From Chiloscyllium plagiosum (taxonomy: Eukaryota): a stretch of DNA of 64,000 nt. Below are positions 53,130-64,000 of the stretch, in pieces. A model generated the notes under the pieces. The model did not search any database. It was not told the DNA's origin and saw only the letters and a program-made list of their open reading frames with translations. Each line of letters opens with the position of its first letter. Within the stretch, counting starts at the first letter, position 1. The position numbers and the translations under genes are program-made. Location: assembly GCF_004010195.1 (NCBI RefSeq), contig NC_057731.1, positions 18,013,088-18,077,087 of the forward strand. Direction: 5' to 3'.

Positions 53130-54350
53130 AGAAAGCATGTCTCTTTCATATTGCATTCTTTCATATTGATGATAACATTCAACTCTTTTATGGTATGATC
53201 GCATAAACTGATAGGGTGGTAATTGGCCTGATTGGATGTGTCCTGTTGTTTCTGTGTGTGTAGGATGTACCTTGGCAATTTTGCACAGTGCTGGATAGAT
53301 ACTGGTACTGTAGTTGTATTGGAATAGCTTGGCTTGGGGCATAGTCAGTTCTGGAGCATAAGTCTTCAATACAGTTGCCAGAAAGTTGTCAATTGCAGTA
53401 TTGAATGCCTTCAGCCGTTTCTCAAAAAACATGTGAAATGAATCAAATTAGCTGAAGACTGACATCTGTGATGCTGATTGGATTTGTAGGAGCCTGAGAT
53501 GAATCACCAACCCGGCACTTCTTGCTGAAGATTGTTGCAAACGTTTTGGCCTTTTCCCCATCATTGAGGATTGGGCTATTTGTGAGTGTCGTGTTCCAGC
53601 AAGTTGTTTAATTGCTCACCACAATTCATAACTATGTATGGTAGGTCTGCAGAGCTTAGATCTGGCTTGTTGGTTGGTGTTAGATGCATAGAGTGATACA
53701 GCACGGAAACAACCCTTCAGTTCAACTAATCTATGCCAACCAGATTATCTTAAACTAAACTAGTCCCATTTGTCTGCATTTGGTCCATATCCCTCTAAAC
53801 TTCCCTTGTTCACGTGCCTATCTAAATGTCTTTGAAATATTGTAACTGTTACTGCCTCGATCACTTCCTTTGACAACTCACTCCTTACACAGTTTGTGGA
53901 AAAGTTTCCCCTTAGGTCCTTTTTAAATCTTTCCCTTCCACCTTAAACCTGTGCCCTCTAGTTTAGTTTTGGACTCCCCTACCTTTGGAAAAAGACCTTG
54001 GCCTTTCATCTTTATCTATGAGCCTCATGATTTATAAACCTCTCTAAGGTCACCTTGTTGTTTGACCTGCAAGCAGTCCTGTGCTGTTGCTTTAGCAGAT
54101 GACACCTCATTTTACTAATGTCTGACTCTGCTCCTGACTTGTCCCCCTGCACCTAAACCAGGATTGATCCCTTGTCTTGGTGGTAATGGTGGAGGATATG
54201 CTGGGCCTTGAGGTTACAGATTGTGTTGGAGTAAAATTCTGCTAATGATGACTCACGGTACCTCATGGATGCCCAGTCTTGAGTTGCTAGGTCTGTTTGA
54301 AATCTATCCCATTGTGCACAATGATACTGCTGCACAACATGATGGAGATT
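53130..54350 (-). mobile_element. decayed copy of the 41690-type LINE with a CR1 3' end inserted at about 53690-54055
   Basis: VLKTYAPELTMPQAKLFQYNY matches VLKTCAPELVTPLGKLFQYS near 43050. Confidence 0.75.
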
Positions 54351-54469
54351 TTTGCTGGTGAATTATCATGTTCATAAGGCCAACTTTTCTGTTACTGACT
54401 TTGCAAGCTTCGGTATTGAACATTTAATGTGTTGTAATAGATTTTGTTCCTATTTCATTATTTATTTAG

Positions 54470-54580
<111 letters not shown>

Positions 54581-55799
54581 TAATTGACTTAAACATGTTG
54601 TACACGGCTCAAGCTAAATTATAATTGTGTGTAATCTAGACCATTTGACAATTTGTCTGTATTTGTCTCACCTTTGCTATCTTTCACAAAGTGTAACTCA
54701 GCTGTTATTCTGGATGAATGATATTCACGGTAGGTGCTTAAAATTCATGTACAACCTGTTGAATGTATTCAGATTTATAAAACAGCAAAGTAACTTCAAA
54801 AGGTGTGATATAAAATGTTTGTGAACACTCCCAAAAAAATCAAGAACTTTGTTTTCTTAATCAATTCGCGGGAACAAGTCATGTGACCACTGAGTTATGC
54901 ATTGTCGGGATGAGATCAGCCATGATCGTATCAAATAGTGGAACAGGCTTGAGGCTGAATTAAGTTGATTAGGCTGAATTGCCTAATCCTGCTGCAAGTT
55001 CTTGTTATAAACAATGGGGTAGATTTTAACTTGTGCTGGATTTAAACTGTCCTGGTGCAGTAATGACTTCTGTCACATCCTGCGTCTGAATAAAGGCTCA
55101 GCAATTGTCAGGTTAGGACTGTATGAACATGCTGTTGTAAGTCAGAATAATTGATGAAAACTGCCAGTCAGTGGAAAATCAGACATGTCTTGCCTGCCCA
55201 TTATGATTCGTGTAAGTGTGGGAAATGGAATACTGCGGAATCTTACAGTAGACAGTGGCGATGGATGTTGTATTCCCAAAAGCCAGTTGGTGAACTATTG
55301 AACTTTAATATCATTTAACAGAGTTATGCATTACAAATGTATACCTTCTGAAACAACAGCCACAGTTTTAGTCTGTGTTCATACAAAATAAATTAATCCT
55401 TAGTTAACACCTACAGCTTGCATTAAAGTAAACACAATTCAGATACACTTAACTGATTTCCTTCTTTCACTTGAAATAAAAATATGAAGTGAATATTTGC
55501 AACAAATAAATTAATTTTACAGATTTTCTTTCTCTCAACATTGTTCAAAGCTAGCAAGGTGGAATTCATAACCTTTTCTCATCCATAATGTATGCATAGA
55601 GTACATTAGCTCACATTAAGTGATTACCTAAATTACATGGAATGGGTGTACTATCTTCAGTGCACCCATTGTATAGAATTTCATTTTATATTTGATAAAC
55701 ATAATTGTTTAATTATTGCCTCCAAAAGAGCCATGGCAGAAACTTGCTGTGATGACCTAGTACAAATAAGTAGGGAGTGACATTCTCTAAATAAGATTA

Positions 55800-56490
55800 C
55801 AACAAAATAAAGAACTGCAGATGTTAGAGATTTGAAACAAAAACAGAAATTGCTGGAGAAACTCAGCAAGTCTGACAATATCTATGGAAAGAAAACAGAG
55901 TTAACTTTTCAAATGCAGCTCTCTAACACTTTAGCTTGGCAACATTTGGAGTATTGTATGCGTTTCAGGTCGCCACACTATAGGAAGGATATGGAGTCTT
56001 TGGAAAGGGTGAAAAAGAGGTTTACCAGAATGTCACCTGGATTGGGATGTACTAGCTGTAAGAAGAGAAGGGACAAACTTAGATTGTTTTCACTAGAGTA
56101 TTGAGGGCTGAGGCATGACCTGATACGAGTATATAAAATTATGACAAGCATTAACAGGTTGGATAGTTAGAATACTTTTCCCAAGGTGGAAATATCAAAT
56201 ACCAGGGGGCATAGTTTTCAGTGAGAGTGGGATGATTTAATGTGTAAGGCAAGTGTTTTAAGCAAGGGATGGTAGGTGCCTGGAACATTCTGCCTGGGGA
56301 AGTTGTAGAAGCAGATACGATAGTAATGTTTAAGAGGAATTCAGACAGACCCATGACCAGGCAGGGAATAGAGGGATATGGACCATGTGCAGGGAGATGG
56401 ATTAATTTGGAATGGCATAATGGCTGGCAGAGAGATGGTGAGCTGAAGGGCCTGTTCTTGTACTGTATAGTCGATGTTCTGTATTCTATT
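55800..56490. mobile_element. decayed minus-strand PLE pLTR (55800-55912) abutting a plus-strand CR1 3' end
   Basis: AGAACTGCAGATG...CTGGAGAAACTCAGCA, then HLEYCMRFRSPHYRKDMESLERV. Confidence 0.75.
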
Positions 56491-57769
56491 TTCTCAGCGA
56501 CATGGTCTATTAGTAGTGGATTCGAATGAGATATCTGCCAATGTAATGAGCATCTTATTGCATCTTTATATTTTTGACAAGCAGCATGGTGAACTTCTGA
56601 CCAGGCAGCAGTGAGCTGCTTATTGAGGAGGACTATTGCTTAATCACCCTGTTGGTGGCACATCTCAGCTCATTGATATTAGCTTTTGATTTTACATAAT
56701 GCACCAAGCAAGTTAGACCTCGAGAAAACGTGAGTTGGAAGTCAGAACAGGTACCCGGCAAATACACTTGTTCTGAAGGACCACGATATTGGACTGGGTG
56801 GCAATATCTCAGACATACTCCATTGGCTCTTGTCACACACATCTCACATTAACGAATATTAACAACCAACATAACACTAAAAACCCTCATGGCACATATC
56901 TTATCCACTTACAGAATTCTTCTGCACTTCAATAATTCAACTTGAGTTGCAGTGACTGAGTGTAATGCTGCCGCAAGGGCACTACACTCAGGGACATGCC
57001 CCCAACTCCTGGAGTGGCCAAGGCTGCACCTGAGGGCTCTTTGCTCGTGTCATAGTGCTCACTCACTGTAAGCGTAGCTGGATATTCGCAGCATTCTGCC
57101 TTGTGTTGCCTTGCCTCGCTATTATGTACTTGCCCCCTGTAGCCAGAGCTTAACCACCCTGTCTACATGTGACTATTTAATAGGAACTCTGCATTGTCTT
57201 AATATTGAAATAGTTTTTTTAAATTTCTAAATTACTTCTAAATATGTGAGGCAGTAATTATCTTAACAGCATCACGTATCTACATTGCACACTCCTCCCC
57301 CCTTGGGTAATATATTGTGAATTCTGGGATAAATTTCTTATTCTTCACTTGTCTTCACAGTTGTGCCAGGTTTGAATCTTTCTGAAAAATATCAACTGCC
57401 TCCTCTACCCTTTCTGCACTCTCTGCTCCAGTCTCATTTATTTTCTGGCACTACATCATGCACAAAAATAAGAAATATATTCCACTCAGTTTCTCTGTAG
57501 TGTGACATAATGCATCTCATAAATGTTCTCTTTCCCCCATTTTTCGGGTATACTTTCTTATCCACTTCATCATCCATGGATTTAAGTTGTATTAAGAATG
57601 GACATACGTGATCTTATTGAGGATTTTCTGAAAGCTTAAGAAAACCTGTGAAATTCCTCTCTTTGCTTCTGATCATCTGAATGAGGATACTTGTCGTACC
57701 AATTCTCCCTTTTATCTTAGTGCTGATGATGCTTATTTTTTATGGTTTTACTTAGGGTTTCTATTGACA

Positions 57770-58440
57770 ACAGCATTTGTGGAGACCTAAAATGAGTTAC
57801 TTTTTCAGGTGCCTGGACATCTATCAGAACTGAGAAACATTAGAAATGTAACAAGTTTCAAGCCAATAAATGTGAAAAGATGGGCTTGTTGTAGATAAAT
57901 AAAAGTGAAGGTGAAGCCTGTGTGAGGGCAGAAGGCAGAATTGATCAAATGGCAACGGATTGGTGGAGGACAAAGGGAGTTTGTAATTGAGACTAATGGA
58001 GAAACAAATAATCTGTTGAGAGGAGGTGTGAATGGCAAAATCATGAACAGCTGTCATCCAAAGAGGGAAAAAAGATGAATAAGCAGGAAGTTGTGAAACA
58101 AAATGGGACTAAAGATTACAGTCTGTAATTGTTCAACTCAATGTTGAATCCAGAAAGTTGTTAATTAACTTTAAAACGGAGGTGTTGTTCTTCACTGGCA
58201 CAACTGAGACAGAGATGTCTGAGTGAGAGTGGGAGGACAAGTAAAATGTACTAATTCTGGGATTTGGTTGCAGACTGAATGAAGATGTTCTGTGAGACAG
58301 TCACCTAATCTGCAATTGATTTCCCCAGGAGGAGAAAGGCACATTGTGAGCAGTAATTACAGTATAATAAATACTGAAAGAAGGATAAACAAATCCCTAT
58401 TTCATCTGGAAGGTATGGTTTAGACTATGCAGATTAGATG
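57770..58440 (-). mobile_element. old PLE 3' remnant
   Basis: Minus strand has GGATTCAACATTGAGTTGAACAATT (GFNIELNN, as at the PLE ORF end) followed by a decayed pLTR (AGTTCTGATAGA...GAAA). Confidence 0.5.
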
Positions 58441-60624
58441 AAGATGTGCTTGGTGCTGGTGTCACTTTGGAGCTGTTGCAACCTGATCTGTTGCATGTGG
58501 AGGGTGCTTGGGTGGAAGTTGAGGACACCGGATGCCCTATTATGGTTCTGGAAGCATGACCACGGTACAGAGGAGAGATTTGGGAAACAGCATTGACAAT
58601 GTTGAGCACCCTGCCAACCATTACTTAGTTGATGAGAGAGGAAAATGTGGAACTGGATTTTTCCATTTACTGTTAAAGTATAGCGGGGAGTGCTTTTATG
58701 GGATCTGCTCTGCTACAGCCCAGAGTTAATTTTCACATGCAATCTCTTTTTTATTTTAATCTTCTATGCAGCCAAGGTGTTGAGCACATATCTCACAAAA
58801 TTGCTTTGACACAGAGGTGGAAGTCTTCACCACTGGTGAGATTGCTGGCTTTAGATGCCTCTGGCACTACATTTAAAACCCAGCTGCCTACCATTCTGTG
58901 CAATGCAACCCAAGATTTACATCTCAAACAGAGGTGCTAGACCGTAAATTAGGAAAGATGTTGCAGAGGAGAGGCAACCTAGCTCCCTGCTGCCAACACA
59001 GATACCTAGAGGGCCGGGTGGACAGAATGATGGATTCCTACTGATTGCATGTTGCTCTCAGCTTGGCTACAAATGCAGCACATCTCTATCAAGTCTCCAG
59101 TACTATTGCCAGGATGTTGCCAGAGCACAGAGTCCTTGCATTATCCTGAGCCTTCATTCATATATTGATATTATTTTCAGTGAACCCAAGTGGCTAAAGA
59201 TTAGCATCTAGGATACTGGGAACCTCAGGATCACCAATTTGGTATTTCTGGTTAAAGATGGTTGCACTGTCTTTTGCCAGGTTTATGTCTTTCATGTCTG
59301 TCTTTATATGTAATTACATATAGTTGACATTTGGCAAAGAAATGTGTAGAATCAACCTGATCTTCATTGGAAATAGTTAAATTAATGTTCACTTAGATAA
59401 TTACCTCAAAATTACCTCAAAATTTTCCTCAAAATGTAAATTATTTATTAAGTTTTGCATGATTGTGCATTGTTGAAAACTTGGATCTGCCATAGAAAGT
59501 ATGAGTGAGGACTAAATGAGGAGAAGAGTAGTATGGAAGTTGGGGTAGTTTATATGTTTCAGATTTTAAAATTTTTTGTTAAATTTGAATTCAAATGCTG
59601 CAACTCTAAATTCAATTATCAGTCAAATGTTTGTGTAAGGCTGTGTGTTTGCCCAGGTAAGGTAATACTGATTTTTGATGATGATAAAGGTATACTGAAC
59701 CAAATATCAGTAATCTTCTGTGTTGATTTGAAATATTTTTAATCCCAACCACCCAAGTTGTTTGAAGTATAACATGCTTAATTAGAGGGAGGAGTGGTGG
59801 AAACCATTAGTAAGGACAATGTACAGAACTAAGAGCATAACATTCTTAGAACAATTATAAGAAAGTTCTTTGTTTCAACATAAAAATATTCAAACAATTA
59901 GAGAACTTGCTGTGGAAATTGTGCCTGAGTTTAGGAATCAATCTGAATTTAGGGGTGATTTATAACTTCACCTTTATTAGATTCGTTCTGTGCTGTCTCT
60001 CATTATCCAGGATAGTTTTGTCAGGGAGTCAGAACTGATGCCTTGAGAGACTTTTTGAATTTTATGCTACATTAACTTGCCAACAAAAGAGTGAAGGACA
60101 GTGAAGCCAAAAGTGACTGTGACATCATATACTTAAATTTTGTTGCAATTATTTCATGTTTGAAATTCTAGCTATATGATACATTGCATCTTACAATGAA
60201 TACCCTACTGAGAAACAACTGTGCGTGAGATGCAATGACAGCTGAAACGTTGTTAGAAGGCTACCTTTAGTAAATATGGGACACATCGACTGGCAGTATT
60301 TTGTAGCATGAAATTCTGGGACTTCTGCCTGGGACTTATTAGTGTTTGGTAATTGTCATGATGAATGCCATTTTCTCTCAATCTCTCCCACGTCTTGTAG
60401 AGACAGTAGACTGCACCTAACCAAGCTACTTCCTCTTTTTAGAAATGATGTACCATCAGAGGAGGACAAAGAAAGTTTTCACAGGCAAACAGATGTTGAT
60501 TGGGTGCACTTAAGGAAATAAATTCTTCCAACTAACAATGGGATAAAAGATTCTGGGTATTACCTGGGTCGGTTTGTAAATGAGCATGGCTTCCTCTTGT
60601 TGGGTAACAGTTTTGGGTAAGACA

Positions 60625-63600
60625 ATAAGACATAGAAGTCAAAGTAGGCCATTCAACCCATTAAATCTGTCCCATCAGACTTGCTGATCATGCCTTATCT
60701 GACAATCCTCAACTCCACTTTGTTGCCTTTCCCCAAAATCCTAGAATCCCTTACTGATTAAAAATCTGTCTTTCTCAGGCATGAATATACTTAATGACCT
60801 CACCTCAACAGCCCATTATATAAAGAATACAACAGATTATCAGGAAGAAGTAAAATTCTTATCATCTATGTCTTAAATGTGTGACCTCTTATTCTGAGAT
60901 TATGCCCTCTGTTCCTTTGCTCTCCCATAGGGGAAACAATCTCTCCACATATACCTTATCAAGTCCCCCTAGACTCTTGTATATTTCAATAAGATTATCT
61001 CCCAAACTTCTATATTGCAGTGAGTATAGGTCCAATTTACTTAACCTCTCCTTATAAAACAATCATTCTATATAGCTTGTCAACCTCATGATATCAGCTC
61101 TTCTCTGGGCTACCTCCAATGCCAGTGTATATTTCCTTCGATAAGAGACCTAAAATTGTTCACAGTATTCCAGCTATGGGCTAACTAGTGTGTTGAATGG
61201 TTTTAGCAAACCTTTCCTACTTTTAATATTCCATTCCTTTTGGAATAAAGGCCAACATTTCATTTGTGTGCCCATGTCCGCTGAACTTCGATACAAACTT
61301 TTTGCGATTCATGGACAAGAACTCCCAAATCCCTTTGTATTGTAGCTTCCTGCACTGTAGCAGAGTTATGGGAACAAAAGTAGTAGGTCAGTAAGGGCAG
61401 TGATTGAGGTAGAGCTTAAGTCAAGTAAGTTTAATAGGGAGAGCAAGCAGGGCCAAGTTAATAAACATGGTGGGAATGGAGATCCTGGAGGTTTATTTCA
61501 ATGCAAGGAGTATAAAAGATAAGACAGACAAGCTTAGAACCTGGATTAGTTACCAGAACTATGAAACTGTAGCCATTACAGAAACTTGGTTGAAAGAAGG
61601 GCAGGACTGGCAGCTCAATGTTCCAGGGTTTGGATGTTTCAGTTGTGATAGAGAATGATGTAAAAGGGGGAGTTGCATTACTGATTTATGGAGAATGCCA
61701 TAGCTGTAATAAGTGAGGATATCTGGGATGACTCATCCACAGTTGCTATATGGGAAGAGGAATAAGAAAGGCTCAATCCTGTTATGCCAAATTATAAGCG
61801 GGAAATAGAGGAACAGATATGTAAGCAGATTATGGAAGGATGTAAAAATAACCAAGTTGTTGCAGAGGGTTATTTTAACTTCCCAATATTGACTGGGACT
61901 CACTTAATTCCAAGGGCAAAGATGGTGCAGAATTTGTTAGGCACATCCAGGAGGGTTTGTTGAAACAGTATTTAGATAGTCCAACTCGGGAAGTGGCCAC
62001 ATTAGATGTTGTTTTGGGAAGATGCCTGACCAGGTGATTGAAGTTTCAGTGGGAGACCATTTTGGGAACAGTGATCATAATTCCAGTTTTAGTTATGGAT
62101 AAGAATAAGACTGGTCTTCTGGTGAAAGTGCTAAATTAGGGAAAGGAATATTACAGTAATATTAAGCAGGAACTGGAGAAATTAGATTGGGGCAGCTGTT
62201 TGAGGGTAAATCTACATCAGACATGCAGGAGTCTTTTGATCACTGTGCAGGACCAGCATGTTCCTGTGAGGATGAAAGGTGAGGATGGCAAGATTCAGCA
62301 ACCATTGATGACAAGTGATATTGAAAGATATTAGTCAAAAAGAAAGAGAAAAGGTGTAAAGTTTAGGAAACTGAAATCAGACAAGCCCTTGAGGAATGTA
62401 AAGGAAGCAGGTAAGAACTTAAACGAGGAATTAGGAGAGATAAAGTCAATTAAATGCCCTTGGACAAATAGGAGAAATGAACATTGCAACTCATTTACAG
62501 GTATATTAGAAGCTAGAGGGTAACCAGCGAAAGAGTAGGTCCATTCAAGGACAAAGGATAGATTTATGCCCAGAGTCAGAGGAAGTGGGTGAGATTCTGG
62601 ATGAGTTAGGACATGGATAATGGATACTCAGTGAGGGCTAACTGAAGTTGCCAAAAACCCATTTTGACTTCCATGTCAGGAATTTTCCGCATCCAGCTTA
62701 CTCGCCTCAGTTGGTACAATGGGAAACTGCATATTAGTGAGTCACGATTGGCAGTTAATAAGATTGCATCAAGAATTCCTCCTAAATAAGTACTTCACTT
62801 CAGTCTGGCAAAAATCTCACCTCACTGTCTGGAATTGAGCTGTAAGATGTAACAAGTTGTTCCTAACATCGGTGTAGACCTCACTGGACTTCTTATCTGA
62901 TTCTGTGAAATATCACCATTTCCAACATTATCCAGGCATCTATATTCTACCAATAGTATTTGTTACTGATATAACTGGTTTTAACATGCTACCAATGCAC
63001 AAAAATGAAAATTCAGAAGTGCTGGATATGGTTGATTATTACTTTGAAAAATATTTTGCAGTAGAGGGAGAGACCAGCATGCTGAACTCTCCAAGAAAAT
63101 TAACAATTGTACCAGAATCAGAGACTCACCAAAATTAGTGTCAGAATAATGGAACAATGAAGAAACTAATTGCACTAAAGATTAGATTAGATTAGATTAG
63201 ATTCTCTACAGTGTGGAAACAGGCCCTTCGGCCCAACAAGTCCAAACTGCCCCTCCAAAGAGAAACCCACCCAGACCCATTCCCCTACCCTATATTTACC
63301 CCTGACTAACGCACCTAACACTGTGGGCAATTTTAGCAAGGTCAATTCACCTGACCTGCACATCTTTGGATTGTGCGAGGAAACCGGAGCACCTGGAAGA
63401 AACCCACACAGTGAGGCAGCAGTGCTAACCACTGAGCCACTGTGCCACCAGTGATACATCACTGAGATCAGATCATTTCCATTGCAGATGATTTAAAGTG
63501 AGGCAGATGAGAACATTGCAAATGTCCTAACGATAATTTTCCAACTTGCCCTCCATTCAGGAAACATTCCTTCACTCTGTAAACTTACATATATTTTCCA

Positions 63601-64000
63601 TCATTTCAGAAAAGTTGAGAATGGAAACCCAGGGAATTTTCAATTAGTTAACTTAACGTCTGTTGATGTGAAATTATTATAGTCTGTAATTAAGGATAGC
63701 ATGATAAATCACCTGGAAAATATTCAGCTGCTGGGAGACAGCCAGTGTGGATTTTTAAAGTGTAAGTTATGCCTGATGAATCTGAATTTGTGTGGAGACA
63801 ACTATAATAATGAATAATGGAATGTCAGTAGTTATTATCCATGTGGACTTCGAAACAGCATTAAATAATATCCCTAAAACAAGACTGTTCACTGAGGTTA
63901 AGTTCATGGAACTGAAAACAAATTGTTGGCCAGGTCGGGAGCCTTAAATGAGCAGCCAATGGCAGAAAATAGGAATAATGGTTAGGTGCTCCAAGTGAGA
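60625..64000. mobile_element. CR1 cluster: minus 3' end (60625-61350), plus ORF2 start (about 61400-62640), plus RT fragment (about 62970-64000)
   Basis: YFNARSIKDKTDKL...VAITETWLKEGQDWQLNVPGF is the APE N-terminus; decayed RT motifs further on. Confidence 0.8.
63182..63449 (-). mobile_element. HE1-like SINE with an internal deletion that removes the B box
   Basis: (TCTAA)4 tail; head retains GGCTCAGTGGTTAGCACTGCTGCCTCAC. Confidence 0.85.

Noticed and set aside
55523-55590. Candidate last DNTT exon after ttttacag (IFFLSTLFKASKVEF...)
   Set aside because: Lacks the conserved EEEIF.HLGL.YIEP.ERNA sequence; chance resemblance.

Overview
Vertebrate genomic DNA, most likely a shark (inferred from HE1-type tRNA SINEs with (TCTAA)n tails and abundant CR1 LINEs). 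The whole window lies inside DNTT (terminal deoxynucleotidyl transferase) on the + strand. Three coding exons are present (22657-22756, 33183-33482, 54470-54553; equivalent to human exons 8-10) and carry all three catalytic aspartates. I did not find the flanking exons in the window. The introns are packed with CR1 LINEs, SINEs, a Tx1/L1-type LINE nested in an older RTE-like LINE, and Penelope-like element (PLE) remnants; there is an 840-N gap at 39311-40150. The most striking non-coding signal is a set of minimal hammerhead ribozyme motifs from several distinct PLE families. Five of these sit in 200-320 bp fold-back insertions flanked by target-site duplications, all with the same geometry: 3' ends pointing outward, fold-back point in or just upstream of the hammerhead, and one arm about 36-41 nt longer than the other. 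One family has a U3-A8 compensated catalytic core. There is also a local templated-insertion rearrangement at 12.2-14.9 kb. Coordinates were read by eye, and boundaries of old repeats are approximate.
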